Of a stretch of 64,000 nt of DNA, positions 39,118 to 52,157 are shown one piece after another. Positions within the stretch are counted from its first letter, which is position 1. Every line of letters begins with the position of its first letter. The DNA is from Octopus bimaculoides. Its lineage: Eukaryota. A model generated the notes under the pieces. It was not told the origin of the DNA and searched no databases. It worked only from the letters and a program-made list of their open reading frames with translations. The stretch spans positions 86,311,537 to 86,375,536 of the forward strand of contig NC_068986.1 in the NCBI RefSeq assembly GCF_001194135.2, read 5' to 3'. Both the position numbers and the translations under genes were made by a program.

Positions 39118-39255
39118 AGGTGTGTTCTTGAGCAAATCACTTCATCTCACGTTGCTCTGCGACCACTTCGACACCTCACGAGTGGCACACCGTGCACCTG
39201 TTCAAGGAACGTTAATTTGATGAAGGGAGTGGCCGCAGTCTAATGACTGACACAT
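39118..39255 (+). mobile_element. CORE-type SINE fragment with SINE-B-like tail
   Basis: gtgttcttgagcaaatcacttcatctcacgttgctc (as in 48970-49192) and terminal ggccgcagtctaatgactga. Confidence 0.45.
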
Positions 39256-39563
39256 GTAAACGAGCAAACGAATAAATTTTAAGAGAACTATTTGTTATCT
39301 TCAATATAACAACCTAGTTTTATTGTGTTTAGATTTCCTATATATGTGTAGGGATGTGTGTGCATATTTAATAGATATCTTTAATCTTTAATTTCTTTCA
39401 GACATGAGGCACCTGAAACAATCGCCCCTAATACCTTATTCATAGCCAGGTATTATTTTATCGTTTTCTTTTGTCGAACCGTCTGTTAAACGGCGGTGGG
39501 GGAAAATCACAAAAACAGACACATATACACATGTATTCAAAGACACACACACTCACACACACA

Positions 39564-39611
<48 letters not shown>

Positions 39612-40784
39612 CGCATTAAAATACTCAAATATGTGTGTGCGTGCGTGCATGCATGTGTATGTTTCTGTGCAAGCATGTATGTGTATGTGTGTGTTTGTGT
39701 GCTAGCATATATGTGTGGGTACATGTGTGTCTGCATGTGTGTCTGCATGTGTGTCTGCGTGGGTGTGTGTGTGTGTGTGGGTGTGTGTGTGTGTATGTGT
39801 AATTAATTTCTGGACCAACGACTAGCAACAACGTTTCATAAAAATCTTCGATGAATATTTTGGTAATGCTGTTTCTTACGCCGACCAAGCTGCTGCTTTT
39901 CCTTCATGCTGTCTTTACTGGTGTTACTGCTGCTGTTCCTTTCACCGGCGGTGTTGCTGCTGCTGCTGTTGTTGTTATTGTTGTTGTTAGAAACCGGACA
40001 CTTTTGATCTCTACAGGAATTGGGTTCAAGAAATTTCATTGAAACACCATTTGTAATTTATTAGATGAAAGCTGTAGTGGTTGTGAAAGAGCGTTTTGGT
40101 AATTATTGCTTGGCCTCCCTGGAGGTAAAAACTCAGGAAATGGTGCCGGGGTGTGTAGTTCACTGACATCTTAATTTGAAATCTTCCTTCCGATATCATG
40201 TTATACTGCAACTTCAGCTTTGTCTTTATTGATTGGTTGTCATTGCAAGTCAACTGTGATTGTTCTTTCAGATGGATGCTCCATCTTCCTCTCCCCACTC
40301 TGTCATTCTCCCCCTCGCTCTCTTTCTAACTTTCTTCATTCTTATCTCTTATATACTCTATTTCTCTGTTCCATTTTTATATCTTTCTTTCTCTCTTATA
40401 CATACATCCAAATACTAACATGCACACACATACAAATACTAGCAAACGAACTATCTCGTTCACAAGCACACACACACACACACAAGCACGCACACACACA
40501 CACACACACACACACAAGCATACACACTGTCACGTACATGCACACATTCTCACTTTGTGTCTACGTTCGTGGTTATTTGTATTTGATAATTCTTATTGAA
40601 AATCATTATAAGGTGATTAGCTGATGTATATCCTTGAACCTGACAACAAAATATCGCCAACAGAGGATCGAACCTAGAGTTAGAATCTAAGTTGACTTTT
40701 TAAAAATCTAGTTGTTCTTGTTAATGTTGCTGGTATCAACGTTTTTGTTATCTTCAATATAAATAAAAAGATTTCCATAATATA

Positions 40785-40975
40785 CTTACCTACTTACATA
40801 CATACTTACATATTTACTTATTTGTTTGCTTAAAAATGTTGCCCTCTATGGAGCATAATCTAATAACATCTCTCCACTCATCTCGAGTCTGGGCTGTCAT
40901 TTCTGCGTTTCGGCTTTGCCTCAATATCCCGCCTACAGCCATTGTTAGGGAGTTCTGTATTTTGCATCTCCTATA
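40785..40975 (-). mobile_element. RTE-clade LINE 3' end remnant
   Basis: Minus-strand TAQTRDEWRDVIRLCSIEG resembles the RTE C-terminal A.DR..WR..V..LC motif and is followed by a (TAAG)-like tail. Confidence 0.45.
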
Positions 40976-42935
40976 AGCATAAGTTTTATTGAAGTCCTTT
41001 ATATTCCAGATCCCTCAGTGGTTTTGAATTATCGTCCAGACATTTGTAAATATGCTTCATATAAGTTAGAGATGTTAGTCGTACCGAAACACATCTTTAC
41101 CTTTGGGAAATGGGGGCCCGTATTGTTTTGGCAGGAATCATTTGATGTCTCCAACAGTAGAGGGGCTTTCAGGAGCCTACTCTGCGCTGGCATCGTTCCC
41201 GGGTGTCATTGAGGCACACTCCATCAGCAACAAGGACTGGGACTTCTGGTGAAATTAATACAGGCATATTTAAATGTATGAATGTGTCAATGTATTTAAA
41301 AATGTATGAGTTTCTATGAATTGTGATCAACATGGGCTTCGTTTCTGCTTGGGTTATTCACTTCACATATTTCTCAATTTGGATTTAATCCATCCTAAGA
41401 TAATAAGGACTTAGAGAATACCTCAAAGGAATCTAATGTCAACATAAATATATTCAGTTTTTAGTTCGCTAATATATTTTATATTTAGTGTTTTTAAATT
41501 TTTTAGATTTTTAATTAATTAGGTTATTTAATGAGATCCGTAAATATATATGTATCGATGACTATTGATAAATATCCGATTAGCGTTGCTCTTATAATAT
41601 GTGAAATTTTGACGTATTTTGCGCAGGATTGGAGGGACTCTTGATAATTAATCCTTTTGTCTTACAAAGACTATTGCTGCTTCGACATTACAAGAAAATT
41701 TTCAAACGCTTTATTCCTTTTTGCAGCATATTAATTATTTTACCCTAATAAAGTCGCAGGATTCATCTGCTTCGTATGAAATATCAAACAACTAAACTAT
41801 GGATCACTAAATTTCTGTAGTCTTAAGTCAAGTGACAAAAAGTGTTATTTTAAGTGTGAATGAGTCATGAGAAACGTAGATTTTACCTGTGCTTTTATAA
41901 TTTAATTTAAGCGTTAAAACAGTCATTCCCAACGTTTCAACATTAGTTCCCAACAGTGGTTCCCAAGGCATTTTATTTAAATGAGCTTACCTACGGACAC
42001 CTTTTTATATGCTTATCCTTAGGTATATATATATATATATATATATATNNNNNNNNNNNNNNNNNNNNNNNNNNNNNNNNNNNNNNNNNNNNNNNNNNNN
42101 NNNNNNNNNNNNNNNNNNNNNNNNNNNNNNNNNNNNNNNNNNNNNNNNNNNNNNNNNNNNNNNNNNNNNNNNNNNNNNNNNNNNNNNNNNNNNNNNNNNN
42201 NNNNNNNNNNNNNNNNNNNNNNNNNNNNNNNNNNNNNNNNNNNNNNNNNNNNNNNNNNNNNNNNNNNNNNNNNNNNNNNNNNNNNNNNNNNNNNNNNNNN
42301 NNNNNNNNNNNNNNNNNNNNNNNNNNNNNNNNNNNNNNNNNNNNNNNNNNNNNNNNNNNNNNNNNNNNNNNNNNNNNNNNNNNNNNNNNNNNNNNNNNNN
42401 NNNNNNNNNNNNNNNNNNNNNNNNNNNNNNNNNNNNNNNNNNNNNNNNNNNNNNNNNNNNNNNNNNNNNNNNNNNNNNNNNNNNNNNNNNNNNNNNNNNN
42501 NNNNNNNNNNNNNNNNNNNNNNNNNNNNNNNNNNNNNNNNNNNNNNNNNNNNNNNNNNNNNNNNNNNNNNNNNNNNTATATATATATATATATGTATATA
42601 TTTAAACATATATGTATGTGTATATATGCATATGCGTATGTAACAGAATGTGTGTGGTTGTATTGTTGAGTGGACATGATTTCTTTCTTTCAGAGTCTGT
42701 GTAGAATATCTGTGCCTAACAATATCATCTATATCATCTATATGTGAGCATTAGTGGCCTGAAGAGGTTCGGTTTTGTGATGTGTGTTGGATTGTCAGGA
42801 AAAATCTTTCAAGGTTGTCAAGCGTTTAGAGCAACTTTGAGAATTTTGTGTGTGGTACGAGATAATGTCCACATTGACAATAGTAGTGTATGATAATGTC
42901 TTCATTGTGTGTGTGTGTGTGTATATGTCCGTGCG

Positions 42936-42972
<37 letters not shown>

Positions 42973-42980
<8 letters not shown>

Positions 42981-43440
42981 TGATCAGACAAATTGTAGAC
43001 ATATTAAAACAACATCTCGATACAAAATGTTACATCGAATTTAAATATGCTCAAATAAATCCCAGAATATATAGATTAAGATGATACATTTAATTTTCAG
43101 TATATACACATTTGGCGGAGACAATCTGCCGGAGTTTGGGAACAACTTAGGAGCGAGTGGTGCAAATAATTTCTGCGGAGATTTCGTCCCAGCACTTTTG
43201 AATATGGTGCGCAAGAGCTCTGAGATTTGTGTGAGAATTTTCACAGGCTTTTCTCTCAATAGGCAAATTTCACAGGCTTTGCTCATCGGATTCAGGTCAG
43301 GTAAAGAGTGGGACCAGAACATTTTCGACCACAACGGCTTAAAATTCTCTTGACACCATTCTTGGACTTTTTTTTAGCTATACAAGATGTTGCACCATCT
43401 TGTTGGAAAGTTACATGTTCGTCTCCTATTGTTGCAATAA
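42973..43440 (-). mobile_element. Tc1/mariner transposase 3' remnant with putative right TIR
   Basis: VTFQQDGATS and FWSHSLPDLNPM are degenerate FQQDGAPxH / WPPxSPDLNP motifs; possible TIR TA-caatgtgatcagacaaattgtagac at about 42973. Confidence 0.7.
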
Positions 43441-45340
43441 CCCGACGGACTACTTTATCCATTAACATGTTCAAATAATCATGTTGGTTGTATATATATA
43501 TTGGAAGTCACTGCGTTAGCCCGAAGTTCTTCAACAGTTCGCCTCAGTAGCTGTACGTGTGCATATGAATATTTCGGGACATTCATTTTTGAAGGTAATC
43601 TAATTATCCACTTGACTCTTAAAGAAAGCCAACATGAGAGGTTCAACTTGATTCCTTGGTTCGTTGGAACAAGAAAAAAAGATTTAACAGTTAATTTCTT
43701 GAGGGTACATTTATTCATGTGAAAGGTGTATTCATTTGTTTATTTATTTAAATCTATTCAAATAATTTCATTTATTTTCAACCGTTTTAAAAAGTCCTTT
43801 CATCTTTGCTATTATTTTCCATTTGCATACATTTTATATACAGACTGGATCTTGACACTACGAATAAAATTTTAAAATTTAAGCGTCACAGCATTGCCTC
43901 ATCGCAGTATATGAAACCCTTAAAAGAGATTGTTATCAGCAACAGATCAGTATAAGTTCAAATTAACGATCTGTATATCATACCTTAAAAATATATATAC
44001 CGTTGAAAGCTTCCTAAATTGCGTTATTCGTTTCGGGAAAGCATCTCTTATAGAAGTATAGTGTTAAAAGAATACATAAATATATCATCAGCAGACGAAA
44101 ATCGTCCAGCAGCGGTAGCGGTCATTTTAAATATGTATTCATTCTTACTTGAGCTTCGGTAGCAGTAAGCATCCACTGACACCGCGTTCTAAACGAAAAT
44201 CAGCTGCTGATATAGTTAAACGATGATTGAAATCCAGCAATGCTTCATTTTAGCCGGCAGGCTAGATAAAAATTCACCCTTAGCAATGGAAGCAACATTA
44301 GCTTCGTCAGTTGTGGATATATTTCTGTCTTTTAACACTGTACGTGCATAAGAGATACTTTCTGGAGGCTTCTAGAAAGCTTTCAACAATATATCTACTT
44401 TAAGTGTGATATATTAATACTGACCAATAAAGTGTATTCGTTTCTGTTGGGTAAACCGTATCACTCTAACAATGCTTTCATTAAATCGTGTGTGCGTCCT
44501 CATTTCGTCCATTAGATTTCATTTATCTTTACACTGCATCCACATAAGGATTTGAAGGGAGATCCGCATGCTAAGTAACACCTGCTGTTTTTGAATGCTA
44601 ATATTATTTCTTTACTTAGCATTACTTATCTAGGAAATGCTTACACCACGCTGACAAGACTAAATGATTTTTACGTGTACACCGTTGACAAGATTCGAAA
44701 CTGAACAACATTTAGACATTCTGACTCTTTGTTTTGTCGTCTTTATAAATACGTTAAGCAATATCTCCTACATTTCTTATGAAAGAATGTAGTCAATTTT
44801 AGGAAATATGACAGCTACTTCTAGCAGATTAAACGGCCATCTGGAAGCTTCTTATTAATTTTGCTGCCAATTTGCTTTTGCTGCTTATGCTGTAGTAGCA
44901 GTAATTTTATATCAAACCTATGATCAATTACTCCGCTTATAAAAGTCTAATCTGTTCGTACCATCTTCGATTTCAAAACTACAATACTCTTAGATTCAGT
45001 CCTTCTTACGACGATGTTCTGATATCAAGGAAACTAGCTATTGTTTCTAACGGGTCTGGTGAAACTACATTGGTTTTCATTCACTCCTATGTTAAATTGA
45101 GAAAAATGTAGTATCAACCATATTATACTTGTATTGAGATAGAAGGGACGTATATTACGCTTTTAATTTTAATAAGAATAACATCGCTAAAAATACCCCA
45201 AATTTGAGCTGATTTTTCTTCAACCAACAAACCTATACTTTAATTCATTCAGTTACGTTTTAATAACTTGAAGAGAGAGAAGAAACAGGTGAGGTTTGAG
45301 AGCTAAATAGAAACAGTGGTGGTATAACAATGATACAGGA

Positions 45341-45393
<53 letters not shown>

Positions 45394-45542
45394 CAGAGAG
45401 ACAGAGAGAGAGACAGAGACAGAGAAATAATATAAAACGACGGGAAAGACAGGTAGGAAGAAATACAGAGAAGACATAAAGGAAAAGAGGAGAAAGAGAA
45501 AAACAAAGAGAGAGAGAGAGAGAGAGAGAGAGTGAGAGAGAA

Positions 45543-45573
<31 letters not shown>

Positions 45574-46059
45574 GTGAGTGAGAAACAGAAATGAAGAATT
45601 AGAATTATGTAGGAGGATGAAAGTATAAAAGAAATATATCAACAGAGGAAGAGAAGAGAATTAAAAGAACCAGCCACCACCCAGCCACAATTCACCAAAA
45701 GTTGCAAATCAAAGTCGGGAGAATATGTTGGATAACGAGCTAATTAATGCCAGAAATAGCAATAGGAACCATCATAAATATGAAGAATCTTCTAGATGTG
45801 TCAAAGACACCGATATTATTTCTTTTTCTTTTTTTTCTTTTTGCTTTGGGTTTTGGTTTTTACGAATGAGGAATGATATGGAGAAACCCCAAATTACAAA
45901 CGTTTACAATGAATTAGTTTGGATTTGTTTTGTCTTATCATTGTGTTTTTATTACATTTTTTTCTTTTGTTTTTGTTTCAGAATTTCGTCCCAAAAACGG
46001 TAATTAAGATTTAATGATCTAATATTTCAGATCACTAAATCTCAGATTTTTCCATTCCA

Positions 46060-46780
46060 TGAGGCTGATAGTTCTGTTATTAATTTTGCTGCTGTTGCTG
46101 GTGATGATGGTAGTGATCATGACCATGATGATGGTGATGGTGGTGGTTGCTATTGCGTTGGTTGTAATGGTAACCAGGATGATAATGATGTTGATGATGA
46201 TGATGGCGGTGGTGATGTTGGTGGTGTTGCTGGTGGTGATGTTGCTGATGGTGATGGTGGTGATGGTGGTGGTGGTGGTGGTGGTGTTAATGTCGGTGGT
46301 GGTGCTAATAGTGGTGGTGGTGGTGGTGNNNNNNNNNNNNNNNNNNNNNNNNNNNNNNNNNNNNNNNNNNNNNNNNNNNNNNNNNNNNNNNNNNNNNNNN
46401 NNNNNNNNNNNNNNNNNNNNNNNNNNNNNNNNNNNNNNNNNNNNNNNNNNNNNNNNNNNNNNNNNNNNNNNNNNNNNNNNNNNNNNNNNNNNNNNNNNNN
46501 NNNNNNNNNNNNNNNNNNNNNNNNNNNNNNNNNNNNNNNNNNNNNNNNNNNNNNNNNNNNNNNNNNNNNNNNNNNNNNNNNNNNNNNNNNNNNNNNNNNN
46601 NNNNNNNNNNNNNNNNNNNNNNNNNNNNNNNNNNNNNNNNNNNNGGTGATGGTGGTGGTGAAGGTGGTGGTGGTGGTGGTGGTGGTGGTGCTAGTGATGA
46701 TCAGGATCATGATAATCCTGATGATCATGATAATGATGAACATGATAATGTTGGTGGTGATTGAGATGATGATCATTGAG
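46060..46780. repeat. Compound (GGT)/(GAT)/(GCT) microsatellite field with internal gap
   Basis: Directly visible on both sides of N gap 46329-46644. Confidence 0.9.
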
Positions 46781-48127
46781 ACGACTAGAAAGGCTTATGA
46801 GGATAATAATGAGTATAATCATGGCTCACGAGAGCGAGATCTTGTAGTTTGCAGGATTTATTCAATATTTATTGTTAAATACTGATGCATATGGGACTTG
46901 AACTCCGAACATAAAGACGCAAATTTACATATAGTAATACATTTCGTTCTGATTCTTCAATCTTTGTCACCTTAAATCATTGGCTTCTACGTTTTCTGGT
47001 AGCTTATACGTTACCATGTGATGCAGTCCAATTATATTTAACCCATCGTTTGTCCCCTGGGTAACAATAGAGCGGGCAATTCGGCTACATTAAAGGCCAA
47101 CTCTCCGGCTTTGAAGATAGAGTTTCCCTTCCTTCTACCCGTCGTGATTATCCTGCGGGGTCAGAAGCATAAACTACACTCTTGTCTATAACATTATATA
47201 TATATATATGAATATATATAAATGATGAAAATTATATATATATATATATGAATATATATATATATNNNNNNNNNNNNNNNNNNNNNNNNNNNNNNNNNNN
47301 NNNNNNNNNNNNNNNNNNNNNNNNNNNNNNNNNNNNNNNNNNNNNNNNNNNNNATAATGAAAAGAGCGGAGAAAAGGGACAAGAAAACAAATACGTGAGG
47401 ACGTCGTACATGGAAAGTATTAATAAGACGCTCGGAGAAGGAAAGAAAGAGTGGTTGTTTTACTTTTCGAGCAAAGCTCTTCTTCGGAAGTAGGAGGCAG
47501 GAAAGTCCAAAAGGAAACGAAGAAGGAGGAAAAAAACGCCAACAGTCCACGTGTAATGCATACACGCACACACATACACGCACACACACATATACATACA
47601 CACACATATATACATATGCATACATATACGTATACATATATGTATGCATATATGTAGACTCGCACGTATACATTTAAGAATACATGCATATGTGTGTGTG
47701 TATGTGTGAGTGTGTGTGAGTGTGTGTGTGTGTGTGGTGGGGTGCTGCGTGTGTAAGAAGTAATACATTTTAGCATCGACTCTGATTTGGAAAAAGCCCT
47801 AAAATTATTGGAGAAAACACAGAAATCATCTCCGTGGACTTTCGTTTTGCAACACTTACCTTCTTTAGTAAATGGTAGAAGATATTTTACAAAGCAGTCC
47901 TACAGTTTCTGTCGGATGTAAAGATGCCAGAACTGAGGCAACAAGGCATTATATCAAATGGCCGCTCAATCAACAGCGCCTTGTGGCCAATCAACGACAA
48001 TAACAACGTTTTCTTTTATTATGGTTTGAATTAAACGGACAGTGCTATAATTATGTTTGAATGAATTTAGGAATGATTTCAATAGTTTTCCTATTTAGTT
48101 TAATCTTTTAGAAAGATTAACCTGAAC

Positions 48128-50275
48128 CTGTTTGTGACAGTAAATAGAAGCAAAATATTTCAAACATAAAATAAATTATTTTGCCCATAGAATCAAGAGA
48201 AGTCGAACGTTTCGGACATAAACAAATACAGACGGTTGCCCGGGAAGCCAAAATTTTAGAGGCGGTTATATAAAGCTAACACTTCACTCTGCTCTACAAC
48301 AGCATCTGGTTGTTGAACACTTTTCAAGAAATTGTTATAAGAAGTTGAACCAAACCCGCTGCTCCCTCTCTCACTAGTTTTTACTCCAAATGTTCAAGCT
48401 GAGCATTAACCGAATTAATCTCATCAATCACCGAAGATTTGTGAATATAATGGCAAATTCCGCTTCACTCCTGGCTAAATCATAATGAAAAGAGACGTTC
48501 TCGACGGGGCTAGATGAAACTTCGATGAGAACGCTAACAGTCTTTATAAGATCATAAATGTTTAGCTTCCTAAATGCTCTTCTCTAATATATAGAAAAGC
48601 ATCTTTCTCTTCAGATAATTTGCAAGAATTATGTTGTAGAATAGAGATAAAATAAGTGTGTTTATTATAAATAGAATCATTTACAAGATGGATTGTAATA
48701 CAGATAGCTTTTGGAGATATCGCATAACGCGGAGTCGATGACGTATCATGAGCGAGTAGAATAATTAAATTAAGTGTTCAACTCAAAGAACTGAACATAT
48801 TTCATTGCTCAACATCTGTATTCTTATAAGAGTTTGTTATGGCACAGTATTTCACTGATATGAAATAATGTCTACTTAGAAGCGAAATGGTTATTAACTC
48901 TTCTCTCTGTACGTTCATTTATGTCTCAGTTTTATCTTCAATTTTTTATCCACTTATCACCACCTAGTAAGTAAGGAAGTTACAGCTGGTTTTCCGGTTT
49001 CGTGGCGTATATATTCCCCACGTGAACGGGACGCCGGTCTGTCGCAGGATTACTCATTTTTGCCAGCGGAGTAGCCTGCATCAATGTGAAATGAAGTGTT
49101 TTGCTCAAGAACGCAATGCGTCAGCCGGTCCAGGATTCGAAACCACGATCATGAGTCCAACACCCATTAACCACTAAGCCACGTATCTCCTCAGTTATCA
49201 CTACCACTATCATACCACCACTGTCACCTCCTCCACCATCCTCACCACCACCACAACCACCATCGTCATCATTACAATCAACAGCAGCAGCATCTGAAAG
49301 ACGGTTCATCGACATAATCTTTAACGCGTAACAAAATGTTTTGTGTTATTGGTTCTGCATCTGCGCAATGAGCTCAAGATCTCACTACGATCGACTTTTC
49401 TTTTCCATACGCTCAAAGTGGATAAATATAGTAACAATCACTTCTTGGGACAGATTTTCCCTTTCGTTGAAGTGAGGCTAGTAAGAAGCGTTCTCAGTGC
49501 TCCCACAATCCCTTTCACCACTGGTCTGTGGGACACTCGATGAATGTGATGGCATAATGACGAATCGATTAATCCATGTCTTATGGCATGAACTGTGTGA
49601 CCTGCTCTCATTAATACTACTAATTGGCCCACCTTGGTCCACCTCAACCACAATTACTTCTTCAGCCAACTCATAAAGTAACATCACCTTCACAGCTAAT
49701 ATCAGCTAAAGTACCCGGTCACTGCTTCATAACTATTATGTTTAGACTTTTGTTCAGGATGATACAAACTACTGAGTTTTCGGATGGAATTCTGAAATTC
49801 TAAAGCCTCTGGGAATACCAAACAAAAAACCGTAGACACGCAACTACTGTGTGTTTAGCACACCTATTAACTCCTCACCCTTAGAACTCAACAAGGAACT
49901 GTATTTCGAGCCCCAACTTCATCCTTATGTGCCAAGAAGTGGGTGGGTATAATTTTACCTTTCATTCTGACCAGCCAACAAAGAAATCTGTTTGTGTTTC
50001 CCTTGCTATCATTAGAACTTACATTTCTTCAAAAATCATTTTCCGCTAAATAATGTATGAAGGTAGGGTGGTCAGAAATGGAATGTTTTTGATCGAAAGC
50101 CTTCTTGACCCTTGTTAATCTATGTTAAACAACTTCAACAGAAGCAGATAAAACTACAGATTCCTAGGGAAAAAAATGACTGTTTGTGACAGTAAATAGA
50201 AGCACATAATTTCAAACATAAAATAAATTATTTTGCCCAGAGAATCAACAGAAGTCAAACGTTTCGGACATAAAC
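48128..50275 (+). repeat. Dispersed direct repeat, about 96 bp (48128-48223 and 50180-50275)
   Basis: ctgtttgtgacagtaaatagaagca...tttcaaacataaaataaattattttgccca.agaatcaa.agaagtc.aacgtttcggacataaac occurs twice, about 90% identical. Confidence 0.85.
48970..49192 (-). mobile_element. tRNA-derived SINE (third family; CORE-like plus V-like central segment)
   Basis: Minus strand gtggcttagtggtta (A box), ggtttcgaatcc (B box), ttcttgagcaaaacacttcatttcac (CORE-like), gaccggcgtcccgt...acgccacgaaaccgg. Confidence 0.7.
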
Positions 50276-51707
50276 TTTAATTCTATTTTATGTTGCTGAT
50301 ATACTCCTGATATTCTCAGTAGGCGAATGCCACCTCAGTAGGCGCATTCCCACCAGTGGAATTGGACTGGGCGTTGGAAAATAACAAATGTAAAGACAAT
50401 GAGATATTATTTCATATGCTTGAGTTTGTCAAACTGTTACTAACTTATGTATCACGTTTGTTCCTTAAATATACTGAAATACTTTCAAGAATATTTGAAG
50501 AATAAACAACTTACACCAGCATTAAGTCTACCTCCTCAACAAGATACGAACCACTATCATGTCGGTTGTTTGTTCAATGTGCTTTTAAGTTGATTATCAG
50601 CTGTGTTCCAATAAATAAAATAATTACCATAAACTATTTTGTGATTTGCTAGTAAATTTTCCAGTAGTAAAATCTATTCTTCGTAAATACTTCTCTTAAA
50701 AAAAAACTTTCATTTTTTTTTTCATTTAATCTTTCTTTTTGCATCTAGTTTATCGATCATTTGATTTTACTATTTTAGTCCTTTATTCATTTATTTATTC
50801 ATTTTTTTATTTATTTACTTCCAATTTAATTTATTTTTAATGTGGAATTGATGTTAAATGGATGAACACATAGCTGCCGTGTCCATGTACGTGTAATGAA
50901 GTGTATGAACATTTAGATGTAGTTTCTCGCTTCACTGAACAGGAAAAAACCCATAATTCTTTGCATCTGTCTCTGATGTTAAGCACATGTCCAGGTGGTA
51001 GAAGCTGTTAGTTAGTCTGGTGTGGGCCACAATTTACGTCTAAATACAATAACTTGTGGTTAGACGAGGCAATCAAAGAACTATCACCTCTCACACGCAA
51101 TATATTTGGCAACGAACAGCAGAGAAACGAAATACCCGGTGGTAATAAACCGAGGTTGTTATTGCCACGACCGTAACTGAGTTAAGTGTGTTCACATCCG
51201 ATGACAGATAACTTTACCTTTTTATCCACTTGAGTACAATTCATTAAAGACTTGTCCAAGGACTTAGTGTCAGTTGATTCTTATTTTCAGTGAACAACGC
51301 CACAGATGTAATGAATTTTCATACAACGACAAAATAATTAGAGATTCAATTCCAGTATAAGTGTAGACACAATAAAATGATAGATGTAGGAATGTCAGTC
51401 GAAGTCAAATTCAACTAAAGCTTTAGTTACTAACTAAAAGTCAATGAAATGCGAGTGTTTTAACGAAACTGTGCACTTACAGTTTGCATACATATTTCCG
51501 AGGTCTACTGGTATATATTCACAATACTTATGTTAATTAAAACCTTCTATGAAAAAATTATTACATGCCCACAGAAACTAAGGAAGAACTGAATTATCGA
51601 AAGTTCAGTTGCTGCGCTAATTTTCTAGTTAATCTGTAATTTCAACCGTAGGAATAGTTGAGACGCACATTGTTAAAATATTGTAGTTTCTCCTTTATTA
51701 TGTTTCT

Positions 51708-52157
51708 TATTTCTTTACTGTTCAAAAGGGGCTACACACAGAGGGGACAAACAAAGACAGATAAACGGATTAAGTCGATTATATCGACCCCAGTGCGTAA
51801 CTGGTACTTATTTAATCGATCTCGAAAGGATGAAAGGCAAAGTCGACCTCGGCGAAATTTGAACTCAGAACGTAGCGGCAGACGAAATACTGCTAAGCAT
51901 TTCGCCCGGCGTGCTAACGTTTCTTATTTCTTTATTGCCCACAAGGGGGCTAAACATAGAGGGGACAAACAAAGACAGACAAAGGTATTAAGTCGATTAC
52001 ATCGAGCCCAGTGCGTAACTGGTACTTAATTTATCGACCCCGAAAGGATGAAAGGCAAAGTCGACCTCGGCGGAATTTGAACTCAGAACGTAACGGCAGA
52101 CGAAATACCGCTAAGCATTTCGCCCGGCGTGCTAACGATTCTGCCAGCTCGCCGCCT
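51708..52157 (-). mobile_element. SINE-A head-to-tail dimer flanked by one 14-bp TSD
   Basis: TSD tttattatgtttct at 51694-51707 and 52158-52171; junction tail|aaacgttagc at about 51920-51924. Confidence 0.92.

Noticed and set aside
39402-39449. 48-nt plus-strand exon candidate (HEAPETIAPNTLFIA)
   Set aside because: Moderate donor, phase incompatible with the 31710 candidate, and no homology recognised.
51015-51158. Protein-like open stretch VWCGPQFTSKYNNLWLDEAIKELSPL
   Set aside because: GPQFTS recalls an integrase motif, but the flanking residues do not fit and the frame is short and bounded by stops.
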